From: Vulcanimicrobiota bacterium
Lineage (GTDB): Bacteria; Vulcanimicrobiota; Xenobia; Xenobiales; JADMJV01
Direction: 5' to 3'
Assembly: GCA_050250895.1 (NCBI GenBank)
Contig: JBFWNU010000001.1
Coordinates: forward strand, 712,008 to 776,007
DNA: 64,000 bases
Part shown: positions 1 through 9,751 of the stretch, in pieces
Layout of the letters: the number at the start of each line of letters is the position of its first letter
Numbering within the stretch: position 1 is the first letter of the stretch
Notes under the pieces: model-generated
Told to the model about the DNA's origin: nothing
The model's input: the letters and a program-made list of their open reading frames with translations, nothing else
The model's database searches: none
Program-made: the position numbers and the translations under genes

Positions 1-1769
1 CTATCTTTGGCGTTCTTGGTGGCCCCGCACATCACCAGACCCTCGGTAGCTCCGCGATGACCCATCTTGACGGCCAGGTGCAGAGCCGTCTCGCCGGTTT
101 TGGGATTTTTGAAGTTGATATCGGCGCGACACTCCATCAGATCGATGATCATCCTGGTGCGGCCGGCCATCGCCGCCAACTGAAGCGGTGTGTAGCCCGC
201 CTCGTTGACCGGATCCACCATGGCGTTCTGAGCCACCAGCAAGTCCACGGCTCGATTTGCCGGCGAGCAAGCGGCCCCGTGCAAAGGGGTGGCGCCGAAA
301 GAATCCACCGCGTTGACATCGGCCCCGCGGCCCAACAGGTCGGTCATCACCTTGGTGTGCCCCCAGCGCGAGGCGATGTGGAGCGGAGTCGCGTCGCCGG
401 CTCCGACGTTGACGTTAGCCCCCTTCTCGAGCAGGGCCTCGACCAACATCTCTTTACCGTAGAAGGTGGCCCATTGCATTGGGGTCCAACCCGAGCCGTC
501 CACGGTCCCGATCAACTTTTCGTCTTCGATAGCGCGGACGCACTTGTTGGTCATGCCCAGCTTGAGGCCGCCCATGAACTCGACATAAGACGGCGGCATG
601 CGGCTGGAGTCGTAAAGAACTCCCATACAATCGTCGATCAGCTTAGGCAGCACCGGGAAATCCGGTCCACCGCTGCGACGCACCACCGCCAGAGCCTGCA
701 GCTTCAACTGTTGACTGGGCCGACCGTTCATTTCTTCGATGACGGCCTGAGCCATCAGCAACTGACCCACCACGCCGTCTTCGACCATGCCCAGGCGCTG
801 GCGCTCTTGCATCAACTCTTGAATGCGGGCCAGGGCCTCGTCCTGGCGGCCGAGCCGAATCATGAAGTCGATCAGATTGGCGGCCAGAGTCGCTCTCTGA
901 GCATCCATGCCGGCCTTCTCTAAGACGGCGCAAGCCTGTTCACCCAGAGAAAGGGCGGTGACGAAGTCGTTCTGCATCGCGTAGAACGAGGCCAGAGTCT
1001 TGAGCACACGCACATGCAGCAGGGGGTCGGTCCCCTGGTCAAACTTGAGAATCTCGAGAGCACGCTGGGCATAGTAGGCGGCCGAGCGAATGTCTTTTTG
1101 CTCTTGATACATCTGGCTCACGCCGTGCAGCACGCTGGCATAGTCTGAGGCCGGCGGGTCAGCCATTTGCTCGAAGGTCGAGATGCAGCGCAGATAAAGC
1201 TTGCCGCAACGATTGAACTGGCCCCGCTGCTTGAACATGTCGGCCAGATGACGAACAGCGATGACGGTCTGGGTATCGACCGACCCCAACCCCAGTTCGG
1301 CGGTGATGATGGCGTTCTCGTAGATCTCGGTGGCCTTCTCGTAGTCGTAGCTATAGGTCGCCTTCAGACCTTCGGCCAGGGTCTTCTTCAACTTCTCGGT
1401 GACGCGTTGCTTGTATAGGTCTTGATAGGCCTCGTAGCCGAGCATGATGATAGAGATGCCGGCCACGATGGCGGCGCCATATCCGATGGCCTTCTGGGTC
1501 GCGCCCATGGCCGACAAACCGAAGGCGATGGCTCCGCCGCCCAGGATGACGCCGATGGCGATACCGTTATCACGGGCGCTTCGCGGAGAGGCCTTGAGGA
1601 CGCGCAAGACAGCCGCAGCCCCCAGGCTGCCGGCCACCATGACCACCAGCGAAACCAGGAACATCCCGGCGCCGACCAGGACGTTGGCGCTCGAGACGCT
1701 GACCATGCCGCCCCATTGGGCGCCAAGCACGGCCGCGAAAACGATGTAGAGGAGGTGGCGAAGCCCCAT
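1..1769 (-). CDS. Membrane-anchored TPR + ankyrin-repeat protein (3'-truncated at window edge; missing from ORF track)
   Basis: Manual translation from ATG at 1769, 4 nt after the pilC stop. MGLRHLLYIVFAAVLG... has about 4 hydrophobic segments, then TPR-like helices (YEKATEIYENAI, AAYYAQRALEI), then ankyrin motifs GWTPMQWA, ATPLHIA, GATPLHGA, GYTPLQLA, GETALHLA. The frame stays open to position 1. Confidence 0.85.
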   Translation of the reverse strand, partial: MGLRHLLYIVFAAVLGAQWGGMVSVSSANVLVGAGMFLVSLVVMVAGSLGAAAVLRVLKASPRSARDNGIAIGVILGGGAIAFGLSAMGATQKAIGYGAAIVAGISIIMLGYEAYQDLYKQRVTEKLKKTLAEGLKATYSYDYEKATEIYENAIITAELGLGSVDTQTVIAVRHLADMFKQRGQFNRCGKLYLRCISTFEQMADPPASDYASVLHGVSQMYQEQKDIRSAAYYAQRALEILKFDQGTDPLLHVRVLKTLASFYAMQNDFVTALSLGEQACAVLEKAGMDAQRATLAANLIDFMIRLGRQDEALARIQELMQERQRLGMVEDGVVGQLLMAQAVIEEMNGRPSQQLKLQALAVVRRSGGPDFPVLPKLIDDCMGVLYDSSRMPPSYVEFMGGLKLGMTNKCVRAIEDEKLIGTVDGSGWTPMQWATFYGKEMLVEALLEKGANVNVGAGDATPLHIASRWGHTKVMTDLLGRGADVNAVDSFGATPLHGAACSPANRAVDLLVAQNAMVDPVNEAGYTPLQLAAMAGRTRMIIDLMECRADINFKNPKTGETALHLAVKMGHRGATEGLVMCGATKNAKD

Positions 1770-1772
1770 AGC

Positions 1773-2957
1773 CTAGAGGTTCTGCACCAACTGGATCATC
1801 GGTAGGAAAGAGGCGATGACCACGAAGCCTACGACCGCGCCCATCACAGCCATGATCAAAGGCTCGATCAGGGAGGCGAGGTTGTCTAGTTGGATCTCGA
1901 GGTCGTCTTCGTAGAGCTTGGCCACGCGCGAGATCAGGTCGTCGAGACGACCCGTCTCTTCGCCGACCTTGATCATCTGCAAGGCAGTCGGCGCGAACAC
2001 CTCGTAGAGAGTCAGCGAGTCGAAGAGACTGACGCCCGATAGCAACGATTCTCGACTGTGTTTGAGTTTTTGCTGATAGACCCGGTTACCGGCGACGCTC
2101 TCGCACGTCTTGAGAACCTCACCCAGCATTACACCGGCGCTGAGCATGGTCGACATCGTGTAGAGCACTCGGGCCGAGATGCCCAGAGAGATCAATTTGC
2201 CGACCACGGGCACTTTCAAGATGTTCTGGTCAAAAGCGAAGCGCAAGGCCGGGGCCCGGTCGGATTCGGCCAACAACCAGAAAGAAGCGGAAAAGAAGCC
2301 CACAATCAAGAGGATGCCGGGAATGGCCACGTAGGGATTGCTCAGCGCGCGGCTGCCGTAAATCAGCACTTTGGTCGGCCAGGGCAACTCGATGCCCACC
2401 GAGTCGAACATCGGCAGCAACATCGGCACGATGTAGAACACAAACAGAGCGATGATACCGATGGCCACCACGCCGATCACGGCCGGGTAAGCGAAGGTCG
2501 CCTGAATGCGCTTCTTGAGGGTTACGTTCTTCTCGAGGAGCCGGGCCAGCTTATTCAGGGTCACGTCGAGGGTACCCGACGTCTCGCCAGCTTTGGTCAG
2601 GGCGATGTAGGTTTCGCCAAAGACGCGCGGCTGCTCGTCGAGGGCCTGGCTGACCGATTTGCCTCCCTCGATGGCGTTGGCCACCTTCTCCATGACCACG
2701 TTGAGGCGCTGGTCTTCGCCGCGGGCGACGAAGTGGAAGGCCCGGTTGACCGAGATGCCACCGTTGACCATGGCCGCCAGCTGGCGCGTGTAAAGAGAGA
2801 GGTTCTCGATCTTGACGCTCGGGCTGAGCTTGAACTGAATGCTCCTCGCGGCCGGAGCCTCTTCTTGCTCTTGAACGAAAAGAACACGAGGATAGACCTG
2901 ATTCAATCGGTCTTTGGCCACCACCAGGGAAGGCGCTTTTAGAGTGCCCTGGACCAC
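1773..2957 (-). CDS. pilC: Type IV pilus / T2SS inner-membrane platform protein (PilC/GspF family); true start possibly ~2999
   Basis: Motifs YTRQLAAMVNGG, AGETSGTLD, AFAYPAV, LPWPTK, MIKVGEETGRLD, LIEPLIM and C-terminal FLPM. The open frame extends upstream as IRSFLFKAVDHADNV. Confidence 0.92.
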   Translation of the reverse strand: MVQGTLKAPSLVVAKDRLNQVYPRVLFVQEQEEAPAARSIQFKLSPSVKIENLSLYTRQLAAMVNGGISVNRAFHFVARGEDQRLNVVMEKVANAIEGGKSVSQALDEQPRVFGETYIALTKAGETSGTLDVTLNKLARLLEKNVTLKKRIQATFAYPAVIGVVAIGIIALFVFYIVPMLLPMFDSVGIELPWPTKVLIYGSRALSNPYVAIPGILLIVGFFSASFWLLAESDRAPALRFAFDQNILKVPVVGKLISLGISARVLYTMSTMLSAGVMLGEVLKTCESVAGNRVYQQKLKHSRESLLSGVSLFDSLTLYEVFAPTALQMIKVGEETGRLDDLISRVAKLYEDDLEIQLDNLASLIEPLIMAVMGAVVGFVVIASFLPMIQLVQNL

Positions 2958-3136
2958 GTTGTCGGCGTGGTCTACGGCTTTGAACAGAAAACTTCGAATT
3001 TGGAACTACCTACCTTCCCCGAGAGAAGTGCATAGCAGACTCAATAATTTCGCACCCTGGGCCAAAAGGACCTCCAAAAGAGATACAATCGGATAAGTCG
3101 GGGGCACGACCGGCCGCCGGGTTCGCCGACAGCCGC

Positions 3137-3484
3137 TCAGAGCTGTTCTTTGAGCTTGCGTGAAGCCCGCCCGATCCCGAAACGAACCTGGCCGACGGTG
3201 GCGTCATTACGGGCCAACACCATCAGATAGGTCACCTCGTTGATACTACGCAAGAAGATGCTACCGTTCTCGGCCTCGAGACTCATCAGGCCCAGGGCCC
3301 CGCGCTCGAATTTTTCGGTCATGCCGGCCTCGGCATTCTGGAAAAGCTCGGCCGTCTCGGCACCCAGAAAATCGGGGTCGGGCTCGGCATCGCCGGAGGA
3401 GGCGATGACCAGGCCATCCTTACCCACGATCAGACTGCCTTGAATGCCCGGCGTGGTGTTTAACTCTTTGAGAATCTCGTCCAT
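3137..3484 (-). CDS. Roadblock/LC7 domain protein (MglB-like)
   Basis: ILKELNTTPGIQGSLIVGKDGLVIAS signature; 115 aa; GGAGG RBS upstream. Confidence 0.88.
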   Translation of the reverse strand: MDEILKELNTTPGIQGSLIVGKDGLVIASSGDAEPDPDFLGAETAELFQNAEAGMTEKFERGALGLMSLEAENGSIFLRSINEVTYLMVLARNDATVGQVRFGIGRASRKLKEQL

Positions 3485-3495
3485 CTAAGCCTCCG

Positions 3496-5904
3496 TTATT
3501 GAAATACCGATGCCAGCATCGTGGCGGCGCTGGCCAACCGAGCCTGCCAGACTTCGGGAGCGACCTTCGCATCCAGGAACGTAATCAGCACGGCTTCTTT
3601 ATCGATTGGGAACAAACTGAGCGTGCGCCGGTCCGAACGCAACACGAACTGCCGCACAGGGGCCATGCCCAGGCGCTCGAGGGCACCTTCACAGTCCCCC
3701 ATTGCCTGAGTCAGGATCACGCCCACCATTTCAGGATTGACGTCAGTATCCAGTTGCATATCGATGGGCAAACCATCTCTCGAGGCCAGGACATTGCCCA
3801 CGATGCCGTCGACCTGAGAGAGATCCTCGAGTACTTTCTTGAGAATCGCCTCCCGCAAGACCATCTCGCCGGGCAACGGTGCAGCATCGGCGTCAGCCGC
3901 CGGCGAGGTGCTGGGATTGTGAACCAGCAAGGCCACCGACTGCGGCATGGGCCAGACTTGCAGCTTACCCAGCCGACCGTCGAGCCAGAGGCTGGTCATT
4001 TGACCCAACTCGGCCTCTTCCATCCCTTTGCCGAAGGCGTCGAGCACCACCTGATGGAAAGCCGCGGCCTGCCCGGTAAAGTCAGCGTCGTCAAAGGAGC
4101 CGCACAGGGTGAAACCTTCGTCGCTGGCGAGCTGGGCCGCGCCGACTTCAGCCAGCCGACCTTCAAGACTTGCGAACGAAGGAAAATCAGTCCCGCTCAA
4201 TTCTTCGCGCAAGCCATCGACAACCTGTTTGAGCTTCTCGCCCATGTTCTGTTCGCCCATGGGCAGCGAAACCTCGGGAAACATCTCGGTAGGCAGAGCC
4301 ACCTCTTCGACCATCGCCTCGGCTTCGGGTTCGGGCTCGACCACCGCCGAGGGAAGCTCGGCCTCGAAGTCGTCTTCCACGTCCAGAGGATCCGAGGTCA
4401 GCGAGCTGGTGCTCGGGCCATCCAGGTCAAGGTCAAGGTCGAGATCCAGATCCAGGTCGAGGTCCAGGTCCAGGTCGAGATCCAGGTCAGACTTCAAAGA
4501 AGGCAATCCGGACGTATCCTCGAGGGGCGCCTCGAAGTCGGTCGCAGCCGGCATATCGAAATCGTCACTGAGCGGCACGCTGGTCTCGACAGGGCTGACC
4601 AGTTCAGGCTCGGGCGTAGGCGCCGGCTCGAGATCGAGGTGGTCGAGGTCAGCCACCGGCTGCTCTTCAGACACTTCGGGCTCTTCGAGTTCGGGAGCCA
4701 GGTCGATGGGGTCGGGCTCGGGACCGAGCAGATGCTCACCCACCGCCTCGCCCACCGGCAATCGGGTCAGGGCCTCGAAACGGGCCAAAAGCTCGCAGAT
4801 ACTCTTCTCGGAGGTCTCGGAAAGGACCGAGGCAATCCGCTCGCCCAGAGCCGAGAGGTCGGCGATGACCTCGATAGGTCGGTCAAGATTCTCTCGCGAG
4901 AGCACTTGCCGGGATTCGAGATTGAGTTCGACCGGGCAAACCAGGAAGGCCGCCTGAGGCGAAAAGTATCTAACCCGAGAGAGAAAGCGAAACGCCTGAT
5001 CCGGCGTGACTTCGTCCTCTTGCACCTCGAACATGAAGACGGCGCCCTCATAAGTTGCGAAGAGGTCGACGGTGCGATAGTCCCGCTCGAGGGCCCAGCG
5101 CAAACCGGCTTCTTCAATGCCGTGCGAGCGCAGACTATCGGCCAGAGACAGCGCCAGCCAGAGATTGCGGTGAGCCAGGCGACGGCCGGGAGCGGTGGCG
5201 CGCAAGAACTGGTCGATCCGTTCTTCGGAGATCAGTCGATTGCTAAAGGGGCTTCGGAAGCCGCGGTCGGCCGCATCCTTAAGAGCATCCATCGAAGGAA
5301 AGCGAGCCAGTTCGCGACCCGAGTCACGACAGAACACCTCGAACTCGCGCTCGAGCAGGCCGTGTTGTTCCAAGTCATTGACCACCGCCTCGAGTTCGCC
5401 GGCCTGACCGTTGGCGTAAGCCTCAAGCGACGTGCCGGCATTGCTCGAGACCGCCATCAACAGCTTGCGGCTGGCAGGACTGGCTAAAACTCGGGCGGCG
5501 TCGAGCTGGACTCGACTCAGCGGGAAAGTGTCGCTTTCTTCGGCCACCAATCGAAATTGTTCGGACAGCACCGACAGGGGCGACCACTTCCACTTCTCGA
5601 GCACCGAAGCAATCGTGCTGCGAAAATCTTCGAAATCATCAGTGGGCGCGTCTCCGTTGAAAATAACGCCCGCCTCGATCGAATCTCTGTCTTCAGGAAT
5701 CCAATAGAAGTAGATCTCGCCCTTCTCGCCCAGGAAGAGCTCGCCGCGCTTGCCAGGATTGGCGCTGTTGAGATCGAGCGACCGCCGCAACTCTAGCGCC
5801 ACATCGATCACCAGGGGACGGTAGCGTTCGCGGAGACGGCTCCAGATGTCATTTTCTCTCGACAGGCCGACCCTGGCCTTCAAGACCTCTCGTAACAACT
5901 GCAT
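3496..5904 (-). CDS. Multidomain protein: unknown N-terminal region, long acidic linker, two C-terminal Roadblock/LC7 domains
   Basis: C-terminal LEDLSQVDGIVGNVLASRDGLPI is a Roadblock signature, preceded by a degenerate copy (AAQLASDEGFTL). The central E/D/P-rich linker contains a DL repeat. Confidence 0.75.
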   Translation of the reverse strand: MQLLREVLKARVGLSRENDIWSRLRERYRPLVIDVALELRRSLDLNSANPGKRGELFLGEKGEIYFYWIPEDRDSIEAGVIFNGDAPTDDFEDFRSTIASVLEKWKWSPLSVLSEQFRLVAEESDTFPLSRVQLDAARVLASPASRKLLMAVSSNAGTSLEAYANGQAGELEAVVNDLEQHGLLEREFEVFCRDSGRELARFPSMDALKDAADRGFRSPFSNRLISEERIDQFLRATAPGRRLAHRNLWLALSLADSLRSHGIEEAGLRWALERDYRTVDLFATYEGAVFMFEVQEDEVTPDQAFRFLSRVRYFSPQAAFLVCPVELNLESRQVLSRENLDRPIEVIADLSALGERIASVLSETSEKSICELLARFEALTRLPVGEAVGEHLLGPEPDPIDLAPELEEPEVSEEQPVADLDHLDLEPAPTPEPELVSPVETSVPLSDDFDMPAATDFEAPLEDTSGLPSLKSDLDLDLDLDLDLDLDLDLDLDLDGPSTSSLTSDPLDVEDDFEAELPSAVVEPEPEAEAMVEEVALPTEMFPEVSLPMGEQNMGEKLKQVVDGLREELSGTDFPSFASLEGRLAEVGAAQLASDEGFTLCGSFDDADFTGQAAAFHQVVLDAFGKGMEEAELGQMTSLWLDGRLGKLQVWPMPQSVALLVHNPSTSPAADADAAPLPGEMVLREAILKKVLEDLSQVDGIVGNVLASRDGLPIDMQLDTDVNPEMVGVILTQAMGDCEGALERLGMAPVRQFVLRSDRRTLSLFPIDKEAVLITFLDAKVAPEVWQARLASAATMLASVFQ
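4420..4488 (-). repeat. Coding (Asp-Leu)11-Asp dipeptide repeat
   Basis: Hexamer repeat with mixed synonymous codons (GAC/GAT, CTG/CTC/CTT) inside the 3496-5904 CDS. Confidence 0.9.
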
Positions 5905-5912
5905 GACTTACC

Positions 5913-8900
5913 TCACAAGCCTCCCGCTGGAGCGACTCCCAGTCGCTCGAGTTCCTTCTCTATTTTCTTCATGAAAGCTTCATTCCGCTTTTTGCTAGCA
6001 AACTGGTATCCCTCTTGAAGCTGTTGGATACTCTCGGGCTTCATCTTCATCCGCTCGAAAATCAGAGCCAGATTGAAACGGGCATTCAGATCGCCGGGAT
6101 CGATATCCAGACAACGCCGATAGGCATCGATGACCTGGTCCCATTTTCGCTTTTTCGAGTAGGCAACTCCCAGGTTGTAGTGGCTCTTGGAATCGGTCGG
6201 ATTGAGAGCGATGGCTTTCTGATAGGCCTCGATCGCTTCATCGAGGCGACCGGCCCCGGCATAAGCGATACCCAGATGACTGTGCGCCTCGGCCAGATAG
6301 GGGTCGAGCGCGATCGCCTTCTGAAGCACCTCGATAGCTCGCTCGAAGTCCCCCCCGCGAAAGGCGATCAGGCCCAGCTTGCTGAGATAGTCGGGTTCGC
6401 GAGGGTCGAGCCCGGCGGCCTGGCGATAAGCCTCGGCGGCGTTGTCCCACTGGCCCAGCTGCATATAGATCAAGCCCATGTCGGCGTGTGGCTGAGCCCA
6501 GCTCGGCTCGACCACCACCGCCAGTCGGAGATACTCGAGGGCTTGCTCGAAACGGCCCCGTCTCAGTAAGACATTGCCCAGGCCCGCTCGGGCCCGGCCG
6601 TTATGCTCGTCCATGCCGATGGCTCGCCGATAGTGAGACTCGGCCTGCTCCCAGCGGCGCAGAGCCGAAAAAGCGTCGCCCAGACGGGCATAGGTGTCCG
6701 GCCCGGGCTTGAGGCGAACCGCCTGTTCCATCGCCTTGACGGCCAGACTGTGGTCGCCCCGGCGCAGATGGGCCTCACCCACCTTGAGCTGCAGCTCGGC
6801 ATTGGTGGGGGCCAGATCGAGGGCGGCCTGATACTCTTCGATGGCCAGATCGAGGCGGTCGGTCTTTTCGTAGAGCAGGCCCAGCTCGACCCGAGCCAGG
6901 GCCAGATCGGGATAGTCCTCGAGCAGTTCGAGCAACTCGTGGATGGACTCTTCGGCATCGGCTACGCGAGCCATACAGATCGCCTTCTGGACTCGGATAG
7001 CCAACCGATTGGGGTCGAGCCGCATCGCGTCCTGGGTCTCTTGAAGAGCTAGCTCGACCTTGTGTTGCAGCAGATAGAGCCGGCCCAGATGATAACGCAG
7101 AGTGGCCTCGTCGGGATAGTGAACGGCAGCCACGGCCAACTCGTTCTCGGCTTGCTCCCAACGCTCGAGGTCGATCTGGATCAAAGCCCGGCGGAAGGCG
7201 ATGTCGCTAAACTCGGCCCCATGGTCATCGGCCGACAGCAGAGCCTCGTTACCCTCCTCGAGGCAACCCAGCGAATGCAACGAACACCCGAGAAAGTAGT
7301 AGAAGTCGCCCAGTTCGTCCTGGGGAGGCTCGAGCTCGAGAGCCCGGCGCAAGTGGGTGGATGCCTCGGAGTAGAAGCCTCGCTGGTAAAGGGTGCGGCC
7401 CAGGTAGCCATGAATGTCCCAGCGATCGCCTTCGACGCGCAAGGCCTGCCGATAGTAATCTTCAGCCCCGATCAAGTCGCCCAATTCGGCCAGGCTGCGA
7501 CCCAGGAAGTAGAGCGCGTCACAATGCTGCGGGTCGTGGCGCAGGCAGTTGCCCAGAGCCTCGCGAGCGTCTTCGACATTGGCGCTCAAGAAGTGGGTGT
7601 AACCCAGTTCGAAGTGGGACTCAGCCCGGGCCGGACGCAACTCGACAGCCCGCTCATAGTTGTCCAGCGATTGCTCGAGCAAACCCAGCTCGCGGCAAGT
7701 TTCGGCCAGGTCAAGCACGTATTCGAGATTGTTTTCGTCCCGTTCGACTGCCCCAGCCAGGAAACGGCGCGCTTCGTCCATCCGACCCAGGTCGCGCTCG
7801 ACCAGACCCGCCTCGTAGTAGTAGAGCGCCTGCCCATCGTCTTGCTCGACGGCCATTCGAAACTGGTCGCGGGCCGCTTCGTCATCACCGACTCGGCGCA
7901 AGGTCATGCCCAGACGGTAGCGGGCCTCGCCCCAATGAGAGTGGAGTTGGAGGGCGCGTCGATAGGCCTCCACCGCCAGGTCGGAAAGGTCGAGCGCCTC
8001 GTAGACCTGACCCAGATGAAAATGGGCGTCGTGGTTGCGCGGGTCGAGTTCGACCGAGCGTCGGATTTCCTCAGCCGCCAGGTCGTAACATTCGAGCGAA
8101 TGAAAGGCCATGCCCAGCGAGTAGCTGACGAAACTGTTGTGCGAGTTGAGTTCAAGCGCGCGCCGATAGCTGTCGATCGACTCTTCGTGGCGACCCATCC
8201 CTGACTGGGCCTGACCGATCCAATACCAGAGCTGGCTCTGGTCGGGGCTGATGGAGAGAGCTTTGCGGTAGTGGGAAATGGCCAGATCGAGCTTGTCGAG
8301 TTCGGCATAGGCCCGTCCCAGCGCCGAATAGAACTCGTGGTTCTCGGGATCGAGTGAAATGGCTTTCTGGTATCGTTTGATGGCCAGATCCAGGCGGCCC
8401 AGGCGAACGTAGGACAGGCCAAGGCGAAAATGGGCATCCGCCATCTCAGGAGCGAGGTCGATGGCCTTCTGATATTCTTTGTTGGCCTCGTCAAAATTGC
8501 CCAGCCGAGCATAGATGTTGCCGAATTCGAAGTGGCTATCCGGATTGTTGGGCTCGAGACCGACGGCCGTCTGGAACTCGAGCCGGGCGGCCGACAGATT
8601 GCCGAGCCGGGCGTACACCAGGCCTAGATTGTAGTGAACGTGGGAATCGTTGGGGTCCAGATCGACAGCTTTGCGAAACTCTTGCACCGCCAGGTCGAGG
8701 CGACCGGTCTGGAAGAAGGCGAGGCCCAAATTGTTGTGGGTGTAGGGGTCGTTGGGGTCGAGCCGGATGGCCTCTTTGTACTCGTTGATACAGGCCTCGA
8801 GATCGCCCAGGCGGGCGAAGGCACGACCTAGATTATAGTGGTAGTAAGAATCCATCGGCTCGAGCATGATGGCTCGCTGCAGATGAGAAATGGCCCCTTC

Positions 8901-9614
8901 CAGATCGTTGATCTGAGACAGTGCAAGCCCCAGGGCGTAGTGGGAGCGATGGTGGGCCGAATCTAGCTCGAGCGCCTTGCGATAGGCCTCGATAGCCTGC
9001 TCGTTCTTGCCCAGTTTGGAAAGGCACTGGCCCAGGTGAAACTGGGCCTCGGCGTTGCGCGGATCGAGTTCGATGACCTGGGTGAACTCTTCCACCGCCT
9101 TCTCGGTCTTGCCCTGGCGGAAATACACTTGCCCGAGGTTGTAACGCGCCTCGATGTTTTTAGGGTCGAGCTTGACCTGGCGCTGGAAGTCCTCGACCCC
9201 CTGCAGCCGCTCGAGTTCTTGTTGAATGCGCCGCTCGCCGGTGGAGTCGTTCTGGTTTTGAACAATCTTGAGGGCGACCTGAAGCTCGGTGATCGCCTTG
9301 TCGCGCTTGCCCAGCCTCTCGTAGGCCAGACCGAGGTTGTAGTGAGCCCGGACGAAATTGGGAACCAGCGCCAGCACCTCTTGCCACTCGCGCACCGCCA
9401 TGTCGAGATTGCCCTGACGAAAGTAAGCGGTGCCCATCTCGTAGTGACCCTGGACATGCTCAGGATTGAGCATGACCACCTTCTGGTACTCTCTGATAGC
9501 CGCGTCTAGACGGTTCTCATAAAGGTGCTGATTGCCCAGGCGATAGTGGTACTGGACCTCATCGGCCGCCGACATGGGACCAAAAGGATCTTGATTCGTT
9601 TGAGTACGATCCAA
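5913..9614 (-). CDS. Very long tetratricopeptide-repeat (TPR) protein, about 30 or more repeats
   Basis: Continuous 34-aa repeats of the type AHYNLGLAY...G..D.AI..Y.KAL.LDP across 1233 aa; TTG start with AAGGAG RBS. Confidence 0.92.
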   Translation of the reverse strand: MDRTQTNQDPFGPMSAADEVQYHYRLGNQHLYENRLDAAIREYQKVVMLNPEHVQGHYEMGTAYFRQGNLDMAVREWQEVLALVPNFVRAHYNLGLAYERLGKRDKAITELQVALKIVQNQNDSTGERRIQQELERLQGVEDFQRQVKLDPKNIEARYNLGQVYFRQGKTEKAVEEFTQVIELDPRNAEAQFHLGQCLSKLGKNEQAIEAYRKALELDSAHHRSHYALGLALSQINDLEGAISHLQRAIMLEPMDSYYHYNLGRAFARLGDLEACINEYKEAIRLDPNDPYTHNNLGLAFFQTGRLDLAVQEFRKAVDLDPNDSHVHYNLGLVYARLGNLSAARLEFQTAVGLEPNNPDSHFEFGNIYARLGNFDEANKEYQKAIDLAPEMADAHFRLGLSYVRLGRLDLAIKRYQKAISLDPENHEFYSALGRAYAELDKLDLAISHYRKALSISPDQSQLWYWIGQAQSGMGRHEESIDSYRRALELNSHNSFVSYSLGMAFHSLECYDLAAEEIRRSVELDPRNHDAHFHLGQVYEALDLSDLAVEAYRRALQLHSHWGEARYRLGMTLRRVGDDEAARDQFRMAVEQDDGQALYYYEAGLVERDLGRMDEARRFLAGAVERDENNLEYVLDLAETCRELGLLEQSLDNYERAVELRPARAESHFELGYTHFLSANVEDAREALGNCLRHDPQHCDALYFLGRSLAELGDLIGAEDYYRQALRVEGDRWDIHGYLGRTLYQRGFYSEASTHLRRALELEPPQDELGDFYYFLGCSLHSLGCLEEGNEALLSADDHGAEFSDIAFRRALIQIDLERWEQAENELAVAAVHYPDEATLRYHLGRLYLLQHKVELALQETQDAMRLDPNRLAIRVQKAICMARVADAEESIHELLELLEDYPDLALARVELGLLYEKTDRLDLAIEEYQAALDLAPTNAELQLKVGEAHLRRGDHSLAVKAMEQAVRLKPGPDTYARLGDAFSALRRWEQAESHYRRAIGMDEHNGRARAGLGNVLLRRGRFEQALEYLRLAVVVEPSWAQPHADMGLIYMQLGQWDNAAEAYRQAAGLDPREPDYLSKLGLIAFRGGDFERAIEVLQKAIALDPYLAEAHSHLGIAYAGAGRLDEAIEAYQKAIALNPTDSKSHYNLGVAYSKKRKWDQVIDAYRRCLDIDPGDLNARFNLALIFERMKMKPESIQQLQEGYQFASKKRNEAFMKKIEKELERLGVAPAGGL

Positions 9615-9751
9615 CCTTTACGCTCCTTTTCGCGGTCCCGAAGTCGTTCGATGGTATCATCAGGTTGACCGGAACGCGGCAGAGTTGGACATCTGGAAGA
9701 TATATTCCTGGTTCACGGGACTGAACTGTCCGCCCAGCGAAACTAGTCGCG

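Noticed and set aside
4420-4488. Phase-variable microsatellite
   Set aside because: In-frame hexamer with mixed synonymous codons; it cannot frameshift and is not a pure repeat.
4109-4957. Plus-strand RS-repeat (SR-like) protein
   Set aside because: Antisense shadow of the DL repeat in the real minus-strand CDS.
3499-5487. Long antisense ORFs (also 57-923, 7062-8204, 21756-23582, 23625-24857, 44610-45773, 60048-61298)
   Set aside because: They lie opposite well-supported genes and are expected stop-poor shadows in high-GC DNA.
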